From: Candidatus Eiseniibacteriota bacterium
GTDB lineage: Bacteria; Eisenbacteria; RBG-16-71-46; CAZAMP01
Assembly: GCA_965224245.1 (NCBI GenBank)
Contig: OZ245046.1
Location: 96,001 to 160,000, forward strand
Direction of reading: 5' to 3'
Length of the DNA: 64,000 nucleotides
This document shows positions 52,811 through 61,120 of this stretch, piece by piece. The translations under genes were made by a program, and so were the position numbers. The stretch's first letter is position 1. Each line of letters opens with the position of its first letter. Below the pieces are notes generated by a model. That model made no database searches. It worked only from the letters and a program-made list of their open reading frames with translations, and was not told the origin of the DNA.

Positions 52811-54090
52811 TCGGTCGCACGCGCTCGCTCGGTCGCGGTGTCGCGTGGCTCGGCGTCTCGCGGAGAGCGCGGGTCTCCGTGCTCTCGTTCGTGTGCCTCG
52901 TCGCGATCGTGACCGTGCCGGTGCGTGCCGGTGACGGCGACTCGCTGCCCGGAACGCTCATTCACTTCTACCAGCGGTACATCTCGGATCTGCGTGCCGG
53001 AAAGTGCTACTTCGAGCCGAGCTGCTCTCGGCACGCGAGCGAGGCGATCGCGACGAACGGGCTGGTCGCCGGCCTCGCGCTCTCGGCGGATCGACTCGTT
53101 CGATGCGATGCGGGCGCGAGAGGCCTGCATCGAGCGAACGAGTCGGGGCGCCTGCTGGATGATCCCTCGGGTCTCTCGCCGGTGCCCGATGAGCCGCGCA
53201 CGCCGGCGTGGCTGATGCCCCCCGTTCCCGCCGCGCCTCCGATCGATGCACCCGACGAGGCGACACGCACCCACCTGAGCGAGATCCTCTCGTTCGCCGA
53301 GTTCCTCGCTCGGGAGGGTGAGTGCTGGCGTGCGGCGACCGAGTACAAACGTCTCGCGTTTCTGTCCGGCACCGAGGCGATGAGGCACTGGACCTTCGCG
53401 CGAATAGGCTGGTGCTACCACGTGCACCGTGATCCCGACGCCCTCGATGCGTTCCTCGAAGCGGCTCTCCATGCGCCCACGGGACTCGATCGCGATCGGT
53501 CGCTTCTCTGGTCGGCCGGCGCCGCGTTCGATGACGGCGAATGGTCACGGTGCCGGAGGATCCTGAACGAGCTCCCGGGTAAGCTCGACCGGACGGCACC
53601 GCCGGCCGAACGCGGCGTCCTCGGGCGGGCGTGGACGCTCGGCGGGCTCGTGTCGATGGTCGATGGGGAGTGGACGCGCGCCGAGGCCGAGCTGACGCAG
53701 GCGAGCGCGTTGCTGGCGGACTCGCCCGACGCATCGAGATCGCGCTTGCTGGCGTCACGAGCGGCCGCGGGTTCGGAGCTGTCGACGAGGAGCCCCGGTC
53801 TCGCGGGCGTGCTCTCGGCAGTCATTCCGGGGGCGGGGCAAGTCTATGCCGGACGGGTCCGTCTCGGACTTCGCCACCTGCTGTTCAATGCACTGCTCGG
53901 CGCCTGGCTGTACCAGCTGATCGACGACGAGCAGTACACCGGCGCCTACCTGGTGGCCGGTGTTCAGCTTCCGTTCTACCTCGGGAACGTGCTGGGAGCG
54001 GGCCGGACCGCCGCGCGGCGGAACCGCGCCGTACGCGCACGGTTCCTGTCGGAGTCGATACGGACGAGCAGTGGGGATCATGTCCCGTGA
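52807..54090 (+). CDS. YidD (DUF37)-like domain fused to TPR-like helices and C-terminal membrane hairpin
   Basis: LIHFYQRYIS...CYFEPSCSRHA..AI...G...G..L..DRLVRC; SPGLAGVLSAVIPGAGQVYAG; ATGA-coupled to the upstream gene. Confidence 0.8.
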   Translation: MIGRTRSLGRGVAWLGVSRRARVSVLSFVCLVAIVTVPVRAGDGDSLPGTLIHFYQRYISDLRAGKCYFEPSCSRHASEAIATNGLVAGLALSADRLVRCDAGARGLHRANESGRLLDDPSGLSPVPDEPRTPAWLMPPVPAAPPIDAPDEATRTHLSEILSFAEFLAREGECWRAATEYKRLAFLSGTEAMRHWTFARIGWCYHVHRDPDALDAFLEAALHAPTGLDRDRSLLWSAGAAFDDGEWSRCRRILNELPGKLDRTAPPAERGVLGRAWTLGGLVSMVDGEWTRAEAELTQASALLADSPDASRSRLLASRAAAGSELSTRSPGLAGVLSAVIPGAGQVYAGRVRLGLRHLLFNALLGAWLYQLIDDEQYTGAYLVAGVQLPFYLGNVLGAGRTAARRNRAVRARFLSESIRTSSGDHVP

Positions 54091-54226
54091 GAAGGGTGAT
54101 TCGTTACGGGCTGCCTCCCATGGCTCGGCGTGACATTCCCCGACGCGTTCGCTAAGCTCCGCGATACCTCTGCTGGCGCCGCGCCGCGGCGTGCCCCGAG
54201 CGATGCTCAGGACTCGGGAGGCACCC

Positions 54227-55510
54227 ATGACCGCGTCTCGATCGATCCTTCTCGGGATCGTGCTCTGCGCGCCCGCTTTGACTCACGCTCAGCCGGCGGC
54301 TCGACTCGATTCCGACTCGTTGCGGGCGCATCTCGTCGCCTTCGACGCCGCGCTCGATGCCGCCAACGCGCTCAGCGGCGTCGTTCTCGTCATGCAGGGG
54401 GGAGACGTCGTCCTCCACGAAGGGTTCGGTCTCGCCGACCGCTCTCACGGGGTGCCCAACGGACCCGAGACGCGCTTCTGCATCGCGTCGATCACGAAGA
54501 TCATGACCCGCATCGTCGTGTATCAGCTGCTCCAGGAAGAGCGTCTGCGGCTCGATCAGCCGCTCGCCACGTTCGTCCCCGAGTTTCCGCGCGGCCCGGA
54601 GATCACCGTCGAGGACCTCTTCCGGCACCGCGCCGGGATTCCGCACCGGGTGACGTCGCCATGCGAGACATGCCGGCCGATCGACGCAGAGGGAATGACC
54701 GAGCTTGCGATGAGAGGAACGCTTCTCGTCGAGCCCGGCAGCGAGAGCATCTACTCCAGCGCGGGCTACTCCGTGCTCGCGCGCGTCGTCGAGATGGTGG
54801 AGGGACGGCCCTTCGCGGAGGTGCTGCGACGGCGGATCTTCGAGCCGGCCGGCATGACACGCTCCCTGGACGTCGATGCACGTGTCATCGTCCCGCATCT
54901 CGCGCGTGCCTACATGCCCGGGCGCGACGAGCTCATCAATGCGGCACCGATCGACCCCTCGTACCTGGTCGGTGCCGGGTCGGTCATCTCGACGACCGAC
55001 GATCTGTATCGGTTCCTCGTTGCCTACCGCGACGGCACTCTGGGTGAGGGCGCATGGCAGATGGAGGGTACAGGAGACGTCACATGGACGGGCGCGACGA
55101 ACGGCTACCACGCGTACCTGAGCTACGATCCTGACACCGAGACCGTCTTCGTCTACACGGGGAACAGCTTCGGCGGCGGCGCGGGCAACCTGCACGGCAA
55201 GCTGGACGCGCTGCTCGCCGGGGAGCGCGTGATGCCAGATCCCATCCCCATGACGTCCGGCCCTGTCGATCCAGCACGACTCGCGGGCTACGTCGGCGAG
55301 TACGAGTCGCGGCCCGGGTCGACGATGTCCGTCTCGGTGCGTGCCGGTGAGCTTCTCATCGCCGACTCGGTGGCGCTGCCCCTGTCGGACACGCGGTTCT
55401 TCTTTCAGAACTGGATGCGTGAGCTCGAGTTCGTGCCGGCCGAGAGCGGAGGGTGGGGGCTGCGGAGCGGGGACGACGTATGGCCGTGCGTGTCCACCGG
55501 TGGTCCGTAA
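54227..55510 (+). CDS. Secreted serine hydrolase (beta-lactamase-related)
   Basis: GGAGG RBS, signal peptide, IASITK, LFRHRAG, YSSAGY, WTGATNGY. Confidence 0.9.
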   Translation: MTASRSILLGIVLCAPALTHAQPAARLDSDSLRAHLVAFDAALDAANALSGVVLVMQGGDVVLHEGFGLADRSHGVPNGPETRFCIASITKIMTRIVVYQLLQEERLRLDQPLATFVPEFPRGPEITVEDLFRHRAGIPHRVTSPCETCRPIDAEGMTELAMRGTLLVEPGSESIYSSAGYSVLARVVEMVEGRPFAEVLRRRIFEPAGMTRSLDVDARVIVPHLARAYMPGRDELINAAPIDPSYLVGAGSVISTTDDLYRFLVAYRDGTLGEGAWQMEGTGDVTWTGATNGYHAYLSYDPDTETVFVYTGNSFGGGAGNLHGKLDALLAGERVMPDPIPMTSGPVDPARLAGYVGEYESRPGSTMSVSVRAGELLIADSVALPLSDTRFFFQNWMRELEFVPAESGGWGLRSGDDVWPCVSTGGP

Positions 55511-55559
55511 ACGGAGAGACGGCCGCCGCTGCGGATCATGGCTCACGGGCGACGCGCCG

Positions 55560-55722
55560 TCACCGAAACCGGGCCACCCGACCCCTCTCGACGCCGGACC
55601 GCGTCGTCAGTCGATGATGGAAGACACCGGGATCGACGTCTCTACGTCGTCACGTCCGTTCCAGGTCACCGTATGATGGCCCGCCGGCCATCGGCTCGTC
55701 CACCAGGCGACGAACGATGCGC
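55560..55722 (-). pseudogene. Orphan, doubly frameshifted CTD relic
   Basis: Three successive frames read ARIVRRLVDEPMAG / GHHTVTWNGRDD / RDVDPGVFHHRLTTRSGVERGRVARFR-stop, matching the CTD consensus. Confidence 0.75.
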
Positions 55723-55723
55723 G

Positions 55724-57187
55724 CTATCGCATGAGCGTCAGCTTTCCTTCGGCTCGGTGGATCGTCCCGGGAAGGGAGGCCCGGTAGAGATACGTGCCGC
55801 TGGCTACATCCAGCCCCGCGTCGTCCTTTCCGTCCCATGCGAAGGTCCAGAGCACGTCGGACTGGCGCAGACTCGAGGATCTTCGTATGCGCCGTCCGCG
55901 CACGTCGAAGATCTCGACCGCTGGTGAGCCGGAGTGTGGACCGCCGATCGTCAGAAGTATGAGCACCCGGTGCGAGAACGGGTTCGCGACGACGCGGGCG
56001 GAGATCCGCGGCGGGTCGGGCGCAAGCGGTACGTCCGACAAAGCCGGTGTGAGGAGGAACGCGTGCCACAGCGAGTCCGGGTTGAAGCCGAAGCCGACGA
56101 TGTCGCCGGACTCGTTGATGCCGGTGGCCTGCGAAAGGGTCCACTGGGGTGACTCGGCGATGAGGCCGTTGAGATCCTCTGCTCCGGCGCCGCGCCAGAT
56201 CGTCGCGTGATCCCGACCGTACATCGGAGGGAGAGTATCGGTCTCCGAGTATCCGACGATGATCCCGGCATCGCTGACGTCGAGAGCGACGCTCAGCTCG
56301 GCACTCGGGAGCGCGCCGAGATCAGCGACTCCGACGGAATCCCAGGCGCAGGCGCGAACGACGACGTCGTCGAGATTCGCCCAGCCCACGATCGTTCCCG
56401 ATGCGCTCACCGCAGTCGCGGTGCTGTTGATGCCACCGAGACCGGTCAACGCGACGACGCCGGAGTCGGTCCACGCCACGGCGAGGGTGGCAGTGCTGTC
56501 AGCGGAGTATCCGACGACGAGCCCATCGTCGTTGATGCCGAGAGCGCGGCTGTTCATCTGCGCGGGACGTCCGGGCAGCACGATCATCCCGTCCCCTGAC
56601 GTCCACAGAAAGGCTCGCTCGGAAGAGGTGGAGTCGACATGTGTGTATCCAACGACTGCGCCGGTCTCGTTCACGTCGAACGCTTCGGATCGCGCTCCCC
56701 CGATTCGTCCAAGCGGGGTCACGGTGCCATCGCCGGACCACATTACCGCCTCGACGTCGTCACCGACCATCGACATCCCCACCAGGACATCGCCGTTGTT
56801 GACGGCTCGGGCGAGGCTGGGGACGCCGATGACCGCAGCATCGGCGGGCCTCAGAGGTTCGGTGCCGGAGGCCCAGGACACCGCACGGTGATACGTGCTG
56901 TCGTGCGTGGCGAATCCCACGATCACTCCGAGATCGCTGATGTCGAGCGCCGCGCTGCCGGTCGGGCCGAGGACCCCGGGAACGGTGAGGGGAGTCCCGA
57001 TCTCTCCGAGATCGAGCACGACGAACTCCTCGGCCGTAGCCGTCAAGGCGGATATGAGGATTGCAGTTACCGGTCCGGCGGCGAACGCCGTCGGCGAGCA
57101 TGGCTGGAGTCTCCCCGGCCGCCGTCGTGCGGCCGAGCGTGTTCGGCTGCCGCGAACGGTCGCGGTGATGTGCGCGCTAGGATCCAT
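55724..57187 (-). CDS. Secreted HAF-type extracellular repeat protein with CTD
   Basis: Repeats S.A..(I/V)(N/S)..G.(I/V)VG...AFLW / HAFLL; ANPF...FDVRGRRIRR...WDGKD...GTYLY...KLTLMR; start uncertain. Confidence 0.88.
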   Translation of the reverse strand: MDPSAHITATVRGSRTRSAARRRPGRLQPCSPTAFAAGPVTAILISALTATAEEFVVLDLGEIGTPLTVPGVLGPTGSAALDISDLGVIVGFATHDSTYHRAVSWASGTEPLRPADAAVIGVPSLARAVNNGDVLVGMSMVGDDVEAVMWSGDGTVTPLGRIGGARSEAFDVNETGAVVGYTHVDSTSSERAFLWTSGDGMIVLPGRPAQMNSRALGINDDGLVVGYSADSTATLAVAWTDSGVVALTGLGGINSTATAVSASGTIVGWANLDDVVVRACAWDSVGVADLGALPSAELSVALDVSDAGIIVGYSETDTLPPMYGRDHATIWRGAGAEDLNGLIAESPQWTLSQATGINESGDIVGFGFNPDSLWHAFLLTPALSDVPLAPDPPRISARVVANPFSHRVLILLTIGGPHSGSPAVEIFDVRGRRIRRSSSLRQSDVLWTFAWDGKDDAGLDVASGTYLYRASLPGTIHRAEGKLTLMR

Positions 57188-58718
57188 CGGGATCGATCAC
57201 GTCGTCCCACGCCTGGAGGACCAACGGATTGCCGAGGTTGATGGTTCGGTCATAGGGCTCCACATGCCGAGTGGAGAGCGTGTCCCATAGAGCTGCGCTC
57301 GCGATGGGATCGAGAACCGAGTCGGGGGCTGTGCCGAGGTGGTGGGCCCAGAGGTTCACCCTGAATTCATGCGGAGCCCACAGGCGGGCGCACGAATCAC
57401 TGCCCTGATCCACGAATCCAACGACGGCCTCTGAGTCGTGTGTGAAGCTCCGACGGTTGGTGTTGGCCGAGCCGATGATCGCGTACTGATCATCGAAGAC
57501 CCAGGTCTTCGAGTGTACGTAGCTGTGATTGCTGCCCGGATTCCTCGGATTGTAGACCTTGACCTTGCTCCCCCCCGGTGCGGCCACGAGGTGGTCGATG
57601 AGCTCCTTTCGTTTGCGCGCTCCGCCCGGTACGTCGCAGAGACGAGAGTGGGGCACGAGCACGATCAGCTGCTCGAAGCCCGGCTTTGCCAGTGCGACCT
57701 TGATTGCCGCCTCCACGTCGATGCCCGTCGCGACCGTCGGCGCGGTGGGAAAGAAGTACTGATCCTCGACGTAGATGCACCTCTCGGCTGCGACGATGCC
57801 CGCGATGATCATGCGGGCGGCATCTTGCTCGCCGTTCGGTGCGAAGGCGTAGCCTTTGGTTCCGGTGAGCCCGTCGAATGCGATTCCACGCCGGCGCTTG
57901 CCGTTGCCGTACGTGGTTCCCACCTGAACCCAGTGCACGGCCCCTTCGACGGGGTCTGGAATGCCGGTGTTCGTCCCTCGCAGAGCCGATTGTCCTTGGG
58001 GGTGATCAGCCCAGCGCTGGAGGAAGATCCGGAGGAGATCGCCGGCTGCGGGCCCCCGTACGCTACAGTGCACGTCGTGAAACGGTGCGCCGGGTGTCGA
58101 TCCATGCTTGTTGTGGGACACGCCACGGGGCCAGATGCGGTCGGGATTGATGTCGATCCCCCCGCAAAACCCCACCAGATCCCGTTCGTCTCCGTCGACG
58201 GTACCCACGACCAAGAGCTTCTGGTGATGGGAACCAACGTAGAGCGTTCGGCTGTCGATGATCGCGGCGCCTGTGAAGAGCGCATCGATCCGTTTTGCAG
58301 CCGAGTTGTTCTGCGTAATCGGCATCAGCTGGTCCCAGAACATCGCACGGATCTCGACCCCGACGCGCGACAGGTCGCTGAGCGTACGGTTGAGCCAGCT
58401 CGGTCGCCCCGGCCGCAGCTGAAAGCGATCGTCAACCCACCAGTTTGCCAGGTACACGTAGTCCTGGACGTTGTTGGCCCGACGCATCTCGTCGTACATC
58501 GCACTGAAGGCGTCGGCGGCGTCGATGTATGGTGTGACGACGTTGCCCTGGCGGAGGTTCGGCATTCCAGCACCGGTGTTGAACCAGCGCAAGACTTGCG
58601 TCTCGGTGAGAAGTGAGTCGCCGTTCGTACGAAAGACGCCGGCGCTCTGCGCGTTTGCCTCCCTCGGGACGACGGCGACCGAGGCCCACAGAGAGCAAAC
58701 TATCGAGAAGGATCTCAT
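57177..58718 (-). CDS. Secreted phospholipase D family protein (two HKD-type motifs)
   Basis: Signal peptide; SHHQKLLVV...GGIDI; PFHDVH; IYVEDQYF; YVHSKTWVFDD...IIGSANTNRRSFTHDSE. Confidence 0.9.
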   Translation of the reverse strand: MRSFSIVCSLWASVAVVPREANAQSAGVFRTNGDSLLTETQVLRWFNTGAGMPNLRQGNVVTPYIDAADAFSAMYDEMRRANNVQDYVYLANWWVDDRFQLRPGRPSWLNRTLSDLSRVGVEIRAMFWDQLMPITQNNSAAKRIDALFTGAAIIDSRTLYVGSHHQKLLVVGTVDGDERDLVGFCGGIDINPDRIWPRGVSHNKHGSTPGAPFHDVHCSVRGPAAGDLLRIFLQRWADHPQGQSALRGTNTGIPDPVEGAVHWVQVGTTYGNGKRRRGIAFDGLTGTKGYAFAPNGEQDAARMIIAGIVAAERCIYVEDQYFFPTAPTVATGIDVEAAIKVALAKPGFEQLIVLVPHSRLCDVPGGARKRKELIDHLVAAPGGSKVKVYNPRNPGSNHSYVHSKTWVFDDQYAIIGSANTNRRSFTHDSEAVVGFVDQGSDSCARLWAPHEFRVNLWAHHLGTAPDSVLDPIASAALWDTLSTRHVEPYDRTINLGNPLVLQAWDDVIDPDGS

Positions 58719-58866
58719 CCAGCGGTGCTCGGCGCGCAAGGGACGACCTCACGATCGGCTGGACACGGGTGAGAAAGCACGAGTCTAGCATGGACCGATG
58801 ACGCAGGGTGGCGAGGCAGGCCGTGTCGTGGGACCCACGCATGTCCGCGGTGCACTGGGATGGCGA

Positions 58867-58900
58867 CGTCGGGCGGGAGGCATGCACCACCCGCCCGACG
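58867..58900 (-). terminator. GC hairpin after the CTD gene
   Basis: 11-bp stem CGTCGGGCGGG/CCCGCCCGACG just downstream of the stop. Confidence 0.5.
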
Positions 58901-58903
58901 ATC

Positions 58904-59494
58904 TCAGCGCGAGACGACCACCCTCAACGCGGGCCTGGCGGACCGCTCGGTGCGCACGAAGTAGACACCGGGCGGGACCCGTCGACCGGCATGGTCTCTG
59001 AGGTCCCACACGATCGTCTGTTCGGAGACGGCCACGTCCGGCTGCCAGCCGCGCACGAAACGGCCCGTCACGTCGAACACGCGGACGGCCGAGCCGTCCC
59101 AGCCCGCGAGACGGAGCGACAGCATCGATCGCGCGGGCTGCGGCCACGCGGTGAGCGCGGGAGGCGCGACGGCCTCGATGTCGACGTCCAGCAGGTCGTC
59201 GCTGACGATGACGTCCTCCACGTACTGGACCCGGTAGTCGTTCACGCGGATCTCGAGGTCGTAGGTACCCGGATCGACGTCCTCGATGCAGAACTCACCG
59301 GCCGCATCGGTGGCGGCATGCCATCCGGTGTAGGTACCGGCGTCCGTCCTCACGAAGACGCCGGCGCTCGCGACGGGCAACGTGGTCTGCACGTCGCGGA
59401 CGGTTCCACACAACGTGCCCGCCCGGGCCGCGCCCCAACCGAGGGCGAGCGCGGTCGCGAGCAGCGTGCCGAGGTATCGCGTCAGCGCCTTCAC
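58904..59494 (-). CDS. Small secreted protein: carboxypeptidase-regulatory-like Ig domain plus CTD
   Basis: Signal peptide; GTLCGTVRD...TDAAGEF.IEDVDPGTYDL; WPQPA...FDVTGRFVR...WDLRD...GVYF...RVVVSR. Confidence 0.85.
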   Translation of the reverse strand: MKALTRYLGTLLATALALGWGAARAGTLCGTVRDVQTTLPVASAGVFVRTDAGTYTGWHAATDAAGEFCIEDVDPGTYDLEIRVNDYRVQYVEDVIVSDDLLDVDIEAVAPPALTAWPQPARSMLSLRLAGWDGSAVRVFDVTGRFVRGWQPDVAVSEQTIVWDLRDHAGRRVPPGVYFVRTERSARPALRVVVSR

Positions 59495-59811
59495 GACGCC
59501 ACCCCGCCGAACGAGACGATGGTCTGGGTCGTTCCCGCGGGACCCGAGGCCGTCAGCTCGTGGATTCCCACGGGTACGTCCTCGATGGTGTAGTCGCCGA
59601 CGTCGTCGGTGATGCCGACGTACGACGTGCCCTGCACGTAGACGATCGTGTTGCGGCGAACGGATGCGCTCTCACGAGTGACGTTTCCGGTCATCGTGCC
59701 CGTGGGGACGAGATCGATGTCGACGAACGTGGTCTCGGCCTCGGCGAGGGACATCACGGCGAGCGTGAGTATCGGGGCCAGGCAGCGACCCCAGGGCAAT
59801 CCGCGGTACAT
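59491..59811 (-). CDS. Short secreted protein with one carboxypeptidase-regulatory-like domain (possibly internally deleted)
   Basis: GGAGGAG RBS, signal peptide, GTMTGNV...TDDVGDYTIEDVPVG; GTGA overlap with the downstream gene. Confidence 0.65.
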   Translation of the reverse strand: MYRGLPWGRCLAPILTLAVMSLAEAETTFVDIDLVPTGTMTGNVTRESASVRRNTIVYVQGTSYVGITDDVGDYTIEDVPVGIHELTASGPAGTTQTIVSFGGVAS

Positions 59812-60225
59812 GACTCCTCCAGTCAAATCGATGCCCCGGCGCAAGCGGCGGGGGCGTGTACGACTTGGGTCCGGCCTGGCCAGATCCGGGCTCCTCGGAG
59901 TCCGACCTGAGGTGCCGCCGGGTTCGATGGGCGGATTCGGCACCGCCCGCTCTCTTCAGGAGGAAACGAGAAAGGTGCCCGATCACCGCCAAGAAAGGAG
60001 TCCGGAGGGCTCGGGACACGGGGTCTCGAGCCGGAGCCGGGGCGCGTGAGGCGAGATGGCGACCCGACGTCGCGCACGAGAGGTGCATGCATCCGCGTGG
60101 CCCGCTAGAATCAGACCTCTGGACGTCCCGGGGCTCGAGATGCTGAGGTCGCAACGTCAATCGGACCAACGGGTTCGAGCTCTCGGGGTCCGCTGGGCCG
60201 ACGTCCGCGAACACGGGAGAACGGC

Positions 60226-60909
60226 ATGAGGGTCGATCACGTGACCGTGGCGATGATCCTGCTCGCGTCCAGTGTGGCTCCAGCCGAGAAGGTCCGCTTC
60301 GAGGGGTCTCCCCACGACCTGGTCACCGACTGTGTGACGAATGGGTACGAATCATACCCGCCGGCGGACGGTGGGTGGATCGTCCCCTGCGATCCGGTCG
60401 GAGTCCGCTTCGGACCGCTCGCCATCGAGCCCGATCCCGATCGCATCACCGACGTCGTGGTCGAGGTCGAGATGCAGCACACCTGGGTCGGGGATCTCAG
60501 GATGACCCTTCAGTACGATCTCGACTGCGACGGCATCTCCGAGAAGGACGCGCTGTTCATGTGTCGCATCGCTCTCGACGGCTGTGACCCCGAGGGTTGC
60601 TGCGGGTGCTCCGGAGATCTCGGCGGCACGTACCGGTTCACCGACGACGCGGCCGTCGCATCGCTCGAGGAGATCGACTGCCGTGCCCCCATCCCGCCCG
60701 GGTGCTACCGACAGGACGACGACGCTGCGGCGGAGGGGTTGCAGACTCTGGAAGGTGAGCCGACGTCCGGGTGCTTCTGGCTCTACGTCCAGGATGGGGG
60801 ATGCGGCGACTCGGGCACGATCTTCAGCTGGACGGTGCACCTCGAGAACGAGCCGGCGTCGACGCCCATGGAAGAGGCGAGCTGGGGCGCGATCAAGGCC
60901 CGCTACTAG
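60226..60909 (+). CDS. Secreted Cys-rich protein with proprotein-convertase P-domain-like fold and SWGAIKARY tail
   Basis: Signal peptide; HTWVGDLRMTL, GCFWLYVQD..GDSGTIFSWTVHL; tail TPMEEASWGAIKARY. Confidence 0.85.
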   Translation: MRVDHVTVAMILLASSVAPAEKVRFEGSPHDLVTDCVTNGYESYPPADGGWIVPCDPVGVRFGPLAIEPDPDRITDVVVEVEMQHTWVGDLRMTLQYDLDCDGISEKDALFMCRIALDGCDPEGCCGCSGDLGGTYRFTDDAAVASLEEIDCRAPIPPGCYRQDDDAAAEGLQTLEGEPTSGCFWLYVQDGGCGDSGTIFSWTVHLENEPASTPMEEASWGAIKARY

Positions 60910-61120
60910 GCCGCGGGCGTGCTTCGACGACGAGGCACACATGGGCCGCGGGCCCGTTGCACGACCGGAGAGACGCGAGACGGCTCGCGCGTCCGCCACG
61001 AAGCAGCACTCGCGGCGGATGATAGGTTCACAGGTCACATTTCGGATTGATGAGTGCCGACCTGCATGAGCAGGCGCACTCGTGACCGAGACAGCCAACG
61101 AGGAGCCTTCCGGACGCCCG

